Positions 1 through 8,849 of a stretch of 32,000 bases of DNA are shown piece after piece. This DNA is from Candidatus Heimdallarchaeota archaeon. Its GTDB lineage: Archaea; Asgardarchaeota; Heimdallarchaeia; JABLTI01. The stretch spans positions 1-32,000 of the forward strand of contig JAUWKS010000010.1 in assembly GCA_030614005.1 (NCBI GenBank), in the 5' to 3' direction. The notes below the pieces were generated by a model. It searched no databases. It had not been told where the DNA came from and was given only the letters and a program-made list of their open reading frames with translations. Each line of letters opens with the position of its first letter. The first letter of the stretch is position 1. The position numbers and the translations under genes were made by a program.

Positions 1-1
1 C

Positions 2-649
2 TTCAACAAGTATTAGATAGCTCCTAATTAGCGCTTCTCTATTTCCAATCTTCTCTTGAATTTTTATAGCATCAAAAATAATTGACCCTTTTTCTCTTTT
101 ACCTGTTATGAAGTATATATATGCAAGTCTTGACGATACTTCTGCACTTTTTTCTTTTATATTTAGTTGATCAAAAATAGCTATGCTTTTTTGATAACTT
201 GTAATTACTTTGCTGAAATCACTTTTTTGGGTAAACAAAAAACCAGACAATTTATAATATTCAGCTCTTCGTTTTTGTTCTTCTTTGCCTTTTTTATTTG
301 GTAGATTATCTATTTGTCCCTCAATTTGCTTAACTATTATGTTGAGGTCTTCTGTTTGACCTAATTCTCGATAGACTTCCCCCATAATTTGTAATGAATC
401 AATAATTAACAAACGATTTTTCTTTTTCTCACTTATTTCTAGTGATTTATTAGCTAATATTAAACATGTTTCGTATTCTGCGTATGAAAAATGAATTTTA
501 CTTTTTTTTAACAACAATTCCGTATCAAAAATAGTTTCTTGGTTGTGTTTGGAAAAATGCTTGCTAATTATCTCTAATGCTTTGTTATAGTTTCCTTTTA
601 TAATCAACGTATTTATTTCTTTTAATATACTGGATTCTTCATTCAACAA
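2..649 (-). CDS. TPR-repeat protein, runs off the left edge (not in ORF track)
   Basis: Hand translation is open from TTG at 649 (or 646) to the window edge: LNEESSILKEINTLIIKGNYNKALEII...AEYYKLSGFLFTQKSDFSKVITSYQKSIAIFDQL...AIKIQEKIGNREALIRSYL. Helical TPR-like periodicity; in-frame TAA upstream at 674-676. Confidence 0.8.
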   Translation of the reverse strand, partial: MLNEESSILKEINTLIIKGNYNKALEIISKHFSKHNQETIFDTELLLKKSKIHFSYAEYETCLILANKSLEISEKKKNRLLIIDSLQIMGEVYRELGQTEDLNIIVKQIEGQIDNLPNKKGKEEQKRRAEYYKLSGFLFTQKSDFSKVITSYQKSIAIFDQLNIKEKSAEVSSRLAYIYFITGKREKGSIIFDAIKIQEKIGNREALIRSYLILVE

Positions 650-801
650 AATACAAACACGTCGTAGAGAATTTTAAAGTTTCAATCATTACTAAAATAT
701 TTTTGTCAAGAGACTTTATTATTATATCTCTTAATTTTATAAAAAACTTTGGTTAGAACAAGTGAAGTCAAATTCCTTATAGGAATCTAACTATTCATAT
801 A

Positions 802-820
802 TAGCATTATATAAATGCTA
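802..820. promoter_or_regulatory. Inverted repeat TAGCATT-atata-AATGCTA over a TATA-like element between the divergent TPR and GNAT genes
   Basis: 7-bp arms with 5-nt spacer seen directly; a second IR ATTCCT-tat-AGGAAT at 772-786. AT-rich background lowers significance. Confidence 0.35.
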
Positions 821-935
821 AAGATATTTGAAACTATGACTTGTATATTCGAGTTAATGGAAATCAAGATTAATAATTTACGAATAAAAAAAATATCTTT
901 TGTTAGAATCATACCGACGAATGAAGGAGTAAAAT

Positions 936-1373
936 TTGAATTTAAGTACACCAAATAAGATTATTGATATCACTAATAAACCTGAATATTAGCGGTTGCT
1001 CATTAATTGCATTATACATAGAAAAAAGGAAATTCCACTTGAACAGCTACAAATAGATAATGAAAGATATGATTACCTAGAAAGAGCAATTCCCAAAGGA
1101 CTTCATATGAAGGTTTTGTTCTTCAAAGGAGAGCATATCTGGATGATTGAATATGGACCACTGGAAGCATCAGGTCTTCCTATTAATGGAGAGAATATCG
1201 TTGTAATGAATTGTATATGGGTTCATAGTCGTGCGAAAGGGAATAATTTTGGGAAGCTCCTTGTAAAAGATATGATGAAAAGTGAACAGCAAGCAACAGG
1301 TTTTGCTACTATAAGAAATTTAGACTTTTTGTATGTGAAAGAAATAAAACAAGTAAATTGTTTTTTTGCATAA
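936..1373 (+). pseudogene. GNAT-family (YoaP-like) acetyltransferase, disrupted
   Basis: GAAGGAG RBS then TTG at 936 gives MNLSTPNKIIDITNKPEY*RLLINC, with in-frame TAG at 990-992. The body has IEYGP-E...NCIWVHSRAKGNNFGKLL (degenerate acetyl-CoA loop). Resemblance to the family appears to stop after GFATI (about 1313). Confidence 0.65.
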
Positions 1374-1453
1374 TAGGTTGTAAAGATAAATATTATTTTC
1401 TAATTTTTATTTAGTTGTATTTTTTGTTATTTTTCAAGGATTTTTGTTATAAT

Positions 1454-2140
1454 TTACGCGATCAAATAGTTGCTTAAATCTTCTTTCAATTTTGGTTTAT
1501 GAGTAAAAGGATTAATATTTAATTCACGGAATTTCAGATACAAAAATAGAATGTAAAGTAAATCAAATATTAAACAACCAATTCCAAGAAACTTTACAAA
1601 AATACCATTTTGAAATTCATAGAAATTCATGAACACAAGGATTGTTGGACCTAATGTTCCAAGCATTTTAGCCAAAGCAATATAGATGGATTGTCCTGAA
1701 ACATTATTTCGTCTGAATAACATTGCTAAGAAGAGTATTGACATAACTAGATTCTGTAAAAAGGCTGAATATACTCCGGAGAAATCATCAAATTCAATTG
1801 TAATAAATAGTACTCCTAGAAAGCTTGTAGAAAATAACAGTAGAAATTGAGGAATAAACAGTCGTTTGTTCAATGAATTTGAGAAGTCTTTTTTGTAATA
1901 TAGAAAATATGTTACGACTATTACTACATCCAAAGCAAACCATACATAATTAACAATTCTTTGAGCTAATATCATAGGATAAATTGCGGCAAAAATAAAT
2001 TCCCAAGAAAGATTTAAGCAAAGAGCTACTATTGGCATACCATAATTCTTATCTTTAAAACCACGATAAATAATTAATACATATGTGATGGACCACAATA
2101 CAGCACTTGAAGCGGCTAAAAAATGACTGATTTCACTCAT
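1454..2140 (-). CDS. PaxB/Pyr4-family integral membrane terpene cyclase homologue (about 7 TM)
   Basis: Motifs WSITYVLIIYRGFKDKNYGMPIVALCLNLSWEF, NYVWFALD, QNLVMSILFLAML-RR-N-SGQS...KMLGT and LIFDLLY match the PaxB/Pyr4 pattern, including the WE glutamate and the C-terminal aspartate. GAGGGGG RBS. Confidence 0.8.
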   Translation of the reverse strand: MSEISHFLAASSAVLWSITYVLIIYRGFKDKNYGMPIVALCLNLSWEFIFAAIYPMILAQRIVNYVWFALDVVIVVTYFLYYKKDFSNSLNKRLFIPQFLLLFSTSFLGVLFITIEFDDFSGVYSAFLQNLVMSILFLAMLFRRNNVSGQSIYIALAKMLGTLGPTILVFMNFYEFQNGIFVKFLGIGCLIFDLLYILFLYLKFRELNINPFTHKPKLKEDLSNYLIA

Positions 2141-2347
2141 TGATTCCCCTCTTAATTTCTAAATCTGTTTTTTATTTATACTTTGTTGCTCCTTATCATC
2201 TAAAGATTTAGTGTACTAATACTTTTCTTATCAGATAGAATTGTCATTTTAAGAGTAAAAAAATTCCATTGCACGTCTTTCTTCACAAAGATCTTAGAGA
2301 AAAGCTATTTTATAGAAGAAATAAACTCTTTGAACTTTTCTCATCAT

Positions 2348-3022
2348 TTAGGGAAGCATCCCATGTAATAGAACTTTTATTTGTATATTAACAAGGCTTT
2401 CTAATTCTTTTTCAGGATTAAAATTATCATTAGCATCTTCTATTGGGAATAAATTGATTGGAATCCAGATTAGACTCAAGAATAATCTCGTACATTCAGC
2501 AGGTTTAAGATCTTTTCTAAGATTGCCAGAATCTTGACATTTTCGGAAATAGTCATTTAGTATTTCTATTATCTTTAAATCTCCAAGTGAGCTTAATAAA
2601 TTGCTAATGTAATTTCTAGGTAAATTACATGCTTCGGTCATATTTTGAATATGATGTGGAATGCTAACTCTTTCTCTAAAAAATAGATATAATAAACTTT
2701 GATGTTCCCCGATTTTTTTCTTCAGTAACTTCCACATTAATGGTAAAGTAACTTCAAGATCCGGTATCATTACTTCTATTGTTTCAAGTAATTCCTGTGC
2801 AGATTGAAGAGCTATTTTAAAACGGGTTTCAAAAATTGCGCACAATATTTGGTATTTATTTCTAAAAAACCTATACAACAAAGTCTTCGATATTCCATCT
2901 GCAACAGCAATGTCATTCATGCTTGTTGATTCAATGCTTTTTCGTGCCATTAAATCAATTGCAGTTTGAACAATCGATTCTCTTCTATGATTATTTTTTA
3001 ATTTTCTTTTAATAGGAATCAA
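2348..3022 (-). CDS. TetR/AcrR family transcriptional regulator
   Basis: N-terminal HTH: SIVQTAIDLMARK...TSMNDIAVADGISKTLLYRFFRNKYQIL. TTG start. Confidence 0.9.
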   Translation of the reverse strand: MIPIKRKLKNNHRRESIVQTAIDLMARKSIESTSMNDIAVADGISKTLLYRFFRNKYQILCAIFETRFKIALQSAQELLETIEVMIPDLEVTLPLMWKLLKKKIGEHQSLLYLFFRERVSIPHHIQNMTEACNLPRNYISNLLSSLGDLKIIEILNDYFRKCQDSGNLRKDLKPAECTRLFLSLIWIPINLFPIEDANDNFNPEKELESLVNIQIKVLLHGMLP

Positions 3023-3068
3023 ATCTAATCAAATGACCCTATACACTAATGTTTATATAAGTGTTATG

Positions 3069-3094
3069 TTTTGTTTACAATATTGTAAACAAAA
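3069..3094. promoter_or_regulatory. Perfect 26-bp palindrome, candidate TetR operator
   Basis: TTTTGTTTACAAT|ATTGTAAACAAAA is self-complementary and is followed by an extra GTAAACAAAA half-site (3095-3104). It lies between tetR and the ABC operon. Confidence 0.75.
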
Positions 3095-3100
3095 GTAAAC

Positions 3101-3113
3101 AAAAGTTTATAAA
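3101..3113 (+). promoter_or_regulatory. BRE + TATA box for the ABC operon (probably leaderless mRNA)
   Basis: AAAAG-TTTATAAA ending 24 nt before the GTG at 3138. Confidence 0.55.
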
Positions 3114-3137
3114 AACATAGATAAATAACTGATAAAA

Positions 3138-4361
3138 GTGAACAGAAAAATGAGCTTACAAACAATTTCCTTCGCATTAAAAAACACTTTCCGTAAAAAA
3201 TCTATCGCATTTATATCAATTTTAGGCATAGGTATAGGAATAGCATTAATGATTGTTATTTCTTCAGCAACAATTAGCATGGATAAAATGATGACTGATA
3301 CTTTGGCAAGTAGAGTTGGAGATGTAGAAGTTACAGAATATGGTAAACCACCTGTATTATCAGCTTTACCTGAGAATATAACGACGATCATAAATACTAT
3401 TGAATCAAAAGATCAAATAAAATTTATGAGTCCAGAAATAGTAGTAAATGGATTTACACAATTTACCTCAGCATTTGAACTTCCAAGCATGGTTAACTTA
3501 TATGCGCGTGGAATAGATCTAAAAAACGATGAATTATTTGAAGGTCCAACTACAAGAATAATTGATGGAGAGATTTATAATGATACACTTGAGATTATTG
3601 TTGCAGATCTTGTTATGGATATTGCTGAAAAAGAATATCCCGGTTGGTTGAAAATTGGTTCAGTAATCCCTTTTCAAATTAATGCAACTTATTCCATTAA
3701 TTTAACTCTTACAGGCACATATGAAACTGAAGAAAATCCTGCTGCACTACTTGTAGAACCAATCTTTGTTATGTCAATTGAATCAGCCCGTTCTATTAAT
3801 AGTCTTTTCTTACCCGAATCCTTTACAGGTTTTAGCGCAGTAAAAATAAGATTTAATTCTGAAACCATTAATAAAACACAAACATATGCTGAAGAACTAA
3901 AAGAATTAACTCCAAAAATGACCGTTAGTTTACTTGGTTATTTTGGAGGAACAGTTGAAGATCTCCTATTGATATTCGATGTTTTCTCCACAGTCATCTC
4001 AACAGTTTCTGGAATAGCAGGAGCAATGGCAATACTTGTTGCACAATTAATGGGAGTAAATGAGCGATTGAAAGAATTTGCTATAATGAAAGCAACAGGG
4101 TGGAAAAATCGAACTATTTTCTTTGAAATAGTTTTGGAATCGGTAGTTTTTGGTATAATCGGTTCGCTTATAGGAATATTATTTGGTTCAGGTTTAATTT
4201 ATACTCTTGAATTAGCATTAGGTCAAAGTTTCATAAAATTGACATGGCAATTAATTTTATTGGTTTTGGGTTTTGGTCTAGGTATTGGAGTAATAAGTGG
4301 GTTTTTGCCTGGCTTAAAAGCAGCTCGCATAAAACCTATGGAAGTTCTAAGGAGCTCATAA
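3138..4361 (+). CDS. ABC transporter permease, MacB/FtsX/LolE type
   Basis: N-terminal TM, large extracellular domain, then ERLKEFAIMKATGW motif and three C-terminal TMs. Confidence 0.9.
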   Translation: MNRKMSLQTISFALKNTFRKKSIAFISILGIGIGIALMIVISSATISMDKMMTDTLASRVGDVEVTEYGKPPVLSALPENITTIINTIESKDQIKFMSPEIVVNGFTQFTSAFELPSMVNLYARGIDLKNDELFEGPTTRIIDGEIYNDTLEIIVADLVMDIAEKEYPGWLKIGSVIPFQINATYSINLTLTGTYETEENPAALLVEPIFVMSIESARSINSLFLPESFTGFSAVKIRFNSETINKTQTYAEELKELTPKMTVSLLGYFGGTVEDLLLIFDVFSTVISTVSGIAGAMAILVAQLMGVNERLKEFAIMKATGWKNRTIFFEIVLESVVFGIIGSLIGILFGSGLIYTLELALGQSFIKLTWQLILLVLGFGLGIGVISGFLPGLKAARIKPMEVLRSS

Positions 4362-4377
4362 AGGAGGAATTAAAAAA

Positions 4378-5115
4378 ATGGCAGACTATATTTATCATGA
4401 CCAAGAAATTGACTCAGACAAATCAAATGACTATATCATAAAAGTATCTGGTCTCTCAAAACTTTATAATGAAGGGTTACCTTCAATGGTTAAAGCTTTA
4501 GATCAGGTATCATTTGGTATTAAAAAAGGAAAGATGATTACAATCTTTGGACCTAGTGGATCTGGAAAAAGCTCACTGCTTAATATCCTTGGATGTATGG
4601 ATTCAGCAACATCTGGAAGCGTTTTCCTTGAAGATATTAGAATTACTGAATTATCTGAGCGTGAATTAGCAGATATTCGAAAGCACATGATTGGGTTCGT
4701 TTTTCAAGAATTCCTTCTAATCCCTACTTTAACAGCAATAGAAAATGTTCTTCTTCCTGTTATTCCTGGTGGAATCAAGAAAGAAGACCGTGAACGTGCA
4801 ATGAATCTACTAACTCAAGTAGGTTTAAAGGAGCGTGTAAAACATAAACCAAAAGAGCTAAGTGGTGGAGAAAAGCAAAGAGTAGCAATAGCAAGAGCTC
4901 TGATAAATAATCCAAAAATTATTTACGCAGATGAACCAACAGGTAATCTTGATACAAAAACTGGTGATGAGATTATGCAACTTCTACGAAACTTAAATCA
5001 AGAATTAGGAGTCACAATTGTAATTGTCTCTCACGATCCATCAGTTTGGGATAAAACAGATTACCTTTTGAAGCTAAAAGATGGACAAATTGACCCCCAC
5101 AAAATAACCAGCTAA
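4378..5115 (+). CDS. ABC transporter ATP-binding protein, LolD/MacB type
   Basis: GPSGSGKS, LSGGEKQRVAIARAL, ADEPTGNLD, VSHD; GGAGG RBS. Confidence 0.95.
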   Translation: MADYIYHDQEIDSDKSNDYIIKVSGLSKLYNEGLPSMVKALDQVSFGIKKGKMITIFGPSGSGKSSLLNILGCMDSATSGSVFLEDIRITELSERELADIRKHMIGFVFQEFLLIPTLTAIENVLLPVIPGGIKKEDRERAMNLLTQVGLKERVKHKPKELSGGEKQRVAIARALINNPKIIYADEPTGNLDTKTGDEIMQLLRNLNQELGVTIVIVSHDPSVWDKTDYLLKLKDGQIDPHKITS

Positions 5116-5198
5116 AATCTAACAAAGAACTTTAGTTAAAAAATTAACTAAAAAGGGAAAAATATATGCAAACTGTAATGTGAACATATAATATAAAC

Positions 5199-5230
5199 GA
5201 AGACTAGATTTACGAATATAGTCTTCTTTT
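5199..5230 (+). terminator. Hairpin plus T-run downstream of the ABC operon
   Basis: GAAGACTA-N12-TAGTCTTC followed by TTTT. Confidence 0.4.
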
Positions 5231-5377
5231 CAATTCCCAAATTTTCAATTAAAAAAAACAGATAGAATAAAATTCATATATAGAAACTTGTGAGTGCAAA
5301 AAAAATCTAAAACTAATTAAAAAGAAAATTATAACTGATAAATTACTAAAATAAATGAAATTATGAAATAGTCGGAT

Positions 5378-6439
5378 TTGATAATTATGAATAAAAACAC
5401 CAATAGTCGAATAACAGCATTTGTCTTTTCTGGAGGAGGAAGCTTAGGTGCAATTGAAACTGGAGCTTTAAAAGCACTTGTTGAACATGACATTCATGCA
5501 GATTTGATTATAGGAACTTCAATTGGAAGTATAATCGGTGCAATGTTCGCTTATAATCCAACCATTGAATGTGTCCAAAATATGGAAATGCTTTGGGGAG
5601 AAATTAAAACAAGAGATGTTTTTCCTAAATCTTTGTTTACTTCTCTTTTGAATTTGGCTACTTCAAGTCAATATGCATTATCAACAAAAAAGTTGCGCAA
5701 ACTAATTAGCGAGAAAATCCCTTATACCAAAATTGAAGACACAGAGCTACCTTTGTATATTATTGGTTCTGATATTATAACTGGAGAAGAGGTTGTTTTT
5801 AATAAAGGCTTGATATTAGAAGCCTTAATGTCAAGTGCTGGAGTTCCTGGAATTTTCCCACCACAACATATGAACAAACGTATGATAGTTGATGGTGGAA
5901 TGTTGAATAATTCAGCAATCTCAACAGCATTTAAATTGGGAGCAGAACGTATAGTTGTTTTTCCTATTGGTGTTCCTCCAAATGATGTAAAACCAAAAAA
6001 CATTATGGAAATACTCATTCGAAGTGTCGTTTTTCATTCTAACCGTCAATTGGCTTCAGATATTCATCTTTACAAAGATAAAGTTGAACTAATAATAGTT
6101 CCTCCACCTGATCAAATAGATGTGGGACCACATGAATTTTTCAAATCAAAGCTCTTGATTAAACAAGCATATTCTAAAGCAAATGAATGGTTGAAAACTG
6201 AAGGGTTTTCACCAAATGCTGAAACATATCAACAGCCTTGTGATGTTCATACAGCACAAATCAATTTTGTTGAAGCTATTATTCCTAAACCCGGGACAAC
6301 AACAATTACTCTCCTATCTGAAAACATCAAAGAAAGAAAAGAAACTTTACAAAAAACAATTGATAAAACAACTGATAAAATACAAACATCATTGCGTAAG
6401 AAAAAAAAGGGAATGAAGGAAAAAGAAGTCAATGATTAA
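5378..6439 (+). CDS. Patatin-like phospholipase
   Basis: GGGSLG oxyanion loop, GTSIG nucleophile, DGG motif; charged helical C-terminal tail. Confidence 0.93.
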   Translation: MIIMNKNTNSRITAFVFSGGGSLGAIETGALKALVEHDIHADLIIGTSIGSIIGAMFAYNPTIECVQNMEMLWGEIKTRDVFPKSLFTSLLNLATSSQYALSTKKLRKLISEKIPYTKIEDTELPLYIIGSDIITGEEVVFNKGLILEALMSSAGVPGIFPPQHMNKRMIVDGGMLNNSAISTAFKLGAERIVVFPIGVPPNDVKPKNIMEILIRSVVFHSNRQLASDIHLYKDKVELIIVPPPDQIDVGPHEFFKSKLLIKQAYSKANEWLKTEGFSPNAETYQQPCDVHTAQINFVEAIIPKPGTTTITLLSENIKERKETLQKTIDKTTDKIQTSLRKKKKGMKEKEVND

Positions 6440-6554
6440 ATTGAAAATCACATATTTAATCATTAGAATTTTTTAATCAAAATAACTAAAAAATTTAAAT
6501 TAAAATTTAAAAAAATCTCATTTAAAATATTGATCTTAAGGAAATGAATGATCT

Positions 6555-7406
6555 TTGATTGAACTTTCTGCTGTTTCACCCAACTCGAAAGAAATCACTG
6601 AATTAATTATCGAAATGGATGACGGAGTAAAATTAAAAATCGTTAAATTTCAACCAAAAAACAACCTCTTAAAACCACCAATTTTCTTTATACCTGGTTT
6701 TCTTTCAATTATTACCCATTGGGGTGTTTTAATTGATCATCTCGTGAAAAATGGTTATACCTTATATGTAATGGAAACACGAGAAAAGCAATCTTCATCA
6801 GCAACAAAGAAATCAAAATTCAATTCAAAAAGATACCTTGATGATTTAGCAGAATCCTTGCTAGAAGTTAAATTAAAAGATAATTTTATTTTAATGGGTT
6901 CTTCTCTTGGGTCTGGAATGATAATAAAATATCTCTCAGCTCAAAAAAATAATGGATCTCCTTATCCAGAGAAAGGGATACTTCTAGAAGCAATTTATAA
7001 CACAAATAGTATAAGGAAAGCAATATCTATAGCAAAACTGCCAAAAAGTGTTTTTTCAATGGTAAAAAACATCTCAGCAAAAATTGTTCCAAAAGTTTTA
7101 AGACAATTTAAACTATACCCAACAAAATATCAAACATTAATAGAATCAATAAATCAAGCGGATTCTTCTATAATGCGAATATGTTTAATAAATGCTAAGG
7201 ATGAGAATCTTAGAGCTTATTTGAAGGAGATAACTATTCCAGTATTCGTTGTTGGAGCTATTGAAGATAAAATTCATGATTTAGAGCAAAGTAGAGCAAT
7301 TTCTGAGGAAGTGTCTAATGGTAGTTTTGATTCAATTGACTTTAATAATACTATTAGTCTTGAAGAATTAGCTAAAAGAATTTCAAGTTTTATTGAAAAT
7401 AACTAA
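6555..7406 (+). CDS. Alpha/beta-fold hydrolase
   Basis: PPIFFIPGFLS, GSSLG nucleophile elbow, VFVVGAIEDKIH acid loop. Confidence 0.85.
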   Translation: MIELSAVSPNSKEITELIIEMDDGVKLKIVKFQPKNNLLKPPIFFIPGFLSIITHWGVLIDHLVKNGYTLYVMETREKQSSSATKKSKFNSKRYLDDLAESLLEVKLKDNFILMGSSLGSGMIIKYLSAQKNNGSPYPEKGILLEAIYNTNSIRKAISIAKLPKSVFSMVKNISAKIVPKVLRQFKLYPTKYQTLIESINQADSSIMRICLINAKDENLRAYLKEITIPVFVVGAIEDKIHDLEQSRAISEEVSNGSFDSIDFNNTISLEELAKRISSFIENN

Positions 7407-7478
7407 TTACTACTTTAGAAAATTATTTTCACAATTATTATTTAAAGAATAAATTGAATGAAATCTTGTTATTGAGAT

Positions 7479-7916
7479 TTGATAATTATGAATGAAAAAA
7501 CTTGTATTTTTTGTATAATTGTTAACAAAGAAGCTTTTGCTGCTGTATTATACGAGGATGATGATATTGTGGCTTTTATGGATATCAAACCAATTAATGA
7601 AGGACATACTTTAATCATTCCTAAGAAACATGCTGTATTAGTTGAAGAATTAGATAACAAATTATATTTGAAGCTATTTCCAATTGCTCGCAAAATTGCT
7701 AAAAAAATTAAAGAGAAAATTCCTGAAACAACTGCGATTAATTATTTTATAGCTGACGGAGAAGATGCGGGACAAGAAATTTTTCATGTTCACCTTCATG
7801 TTATTCCAAGAAAACCTAATGATGGTTTTGGTTTTACCTTCGATGAAGAATATTATAATCGATTATTATCCGAAAAAGAACGTGAAAGTGCAAGGGATAA
7901 AATTTTCCCTATTTAG
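7479..7916 (+). CDS. HIT-family nucleotide hydrolase
   Basis: CIFC zinc knuckle, GHTLIIPK-H, HVHLHVIP histidine triad. Confidence 0.95.
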   Translation: MIIMNEKTCIFCIIVNKEAFAAVLYEDDDIVAFMDIKPINEGHTLIIPKKHAVLVEELDNKLYLKLFPIARKIAKKIKEKIPETTAINYFIADGEDAGQEIFHVHLHVIPRKPNDGFGFTFDEEYYNRLLSEKERESARDKIFPI

Positions 7917-7977
7917 AATGCTGAAATTTATCAATAAATAAACCAATTTATTCAATAATCAATAAATGAATTAAATA

Positions 7978-8823
7978 TTGGTGGTAAAAGTGGATATAGT
8001 TGTACTAGATGTAGTTATTCCTGTTTCAGTAGCAATATTTCTTACATTGATTCATTTTGTGGGTGAAAAAATAAGTTCCCGATTGCACAAATGGCACTCT
8101 CAACTCGAGAGTTTAGGAGCAGGATTAATGGTAGGTATCCTCTTCTTAGAGTTACTTCCTCAAGTTTCTATTGGAGCAATTGTATTAGATTTTTACATCT
8201 ATATTCCATTACTAACTGGTTTTGTTATAATAGCACTTATTGAAAAAATTGTTTATAAAAAAATGCTCAATGAAGATATATCATCCACCAATAAATTGCC
8301 AGCAAATGATAAAGAAGTTCATCACGAAACAGAAACAGATTCTAGTGTTGAGCACGAAAGCGATGTTATGGAACTTGTCTGTATAATCCCTGAACAAAAT
8401 GCTATTTTTGAAGCAATAGCTTTAATTACGCATAGTTTAATGATTGGCATTTTAGTAGCATTGATTTTTTCCGAATATCCTCTTGAAGTAAGTTTCATAA
8501 TAATGATTCCTTTTGTCATTCGAGCTTTTACCGTTGCTTTTTCTGCAGAACAAATCATGGAAGATTTAAATAAAAAACCGGAAAAAATATTTCGCATTCT
8601 AAGTATTATTGCTCCTTCATTAGGAGCTTTTGTAGGAGTATTTCTTGTTTTAAGTGAAGTAGCCTTTTTTATTATCTTTGCTTTTGCTTTAGGCTTGGTT
8701 TTGTTCACTGTCATTCGGGACATGATCCCTCTCGGCAAAAAAGGAAAACCAATGTTCTTTATTATTGGAATTATCTTTACCGTTGGAATTTTCCTTTTGA
8801 ACGAACTTGTACTTTTACATTAA
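7978..8823 (+). CDS. ZIP-like metal transporter
   Basis: About 8 hydrophobic segments, LELLP, His/acidic loop VHHETETDSSVEHESD, ITHSLMIG, FTVIRDMIP. Confidence 0.65.
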   Translation: MVVKVDIVVLDVVIPVSVAIFLTLIHFVGEKISSRLHKWHSQLESLGAGLMVGILFLELLPQVSIGAIVLDFYIYIPLLTGFVIIALIEKIVYKKMLNEDISSTNKLPANDKEVHHETETDSSVEHESDVMELVCIIPEQNAIFEAIALITHSLMIGILVALIFSEYPLEVSFIIMIPFVIRAFTVAFSAEQIMEDLNKKPEKIFRILSIIAPSLGAFVGVFLVLSEVAFFIIFAFALGLVLFTVIRDMIPLGKKGKPMFFIIGIIFTVGIFLLNELVLLH

Positions 8824-8849
8824 GAGAAAAACTAAATCTCTCCTCTTCT

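Noticed and set aside
639-689. 16-codon ORF overlapping the TPR start (MIETLKFSTTCLYFVE)
   Set aside because: No RBS and no protein-like features; expected by chance in AT-rich DNA.
990-992. Pyrrolysine read-through of the TAG in the GNAT gene
   Set aside because: No pyl genes in the window, a single base change from GAG explains it, and the gene is also damaged at the 3' end.
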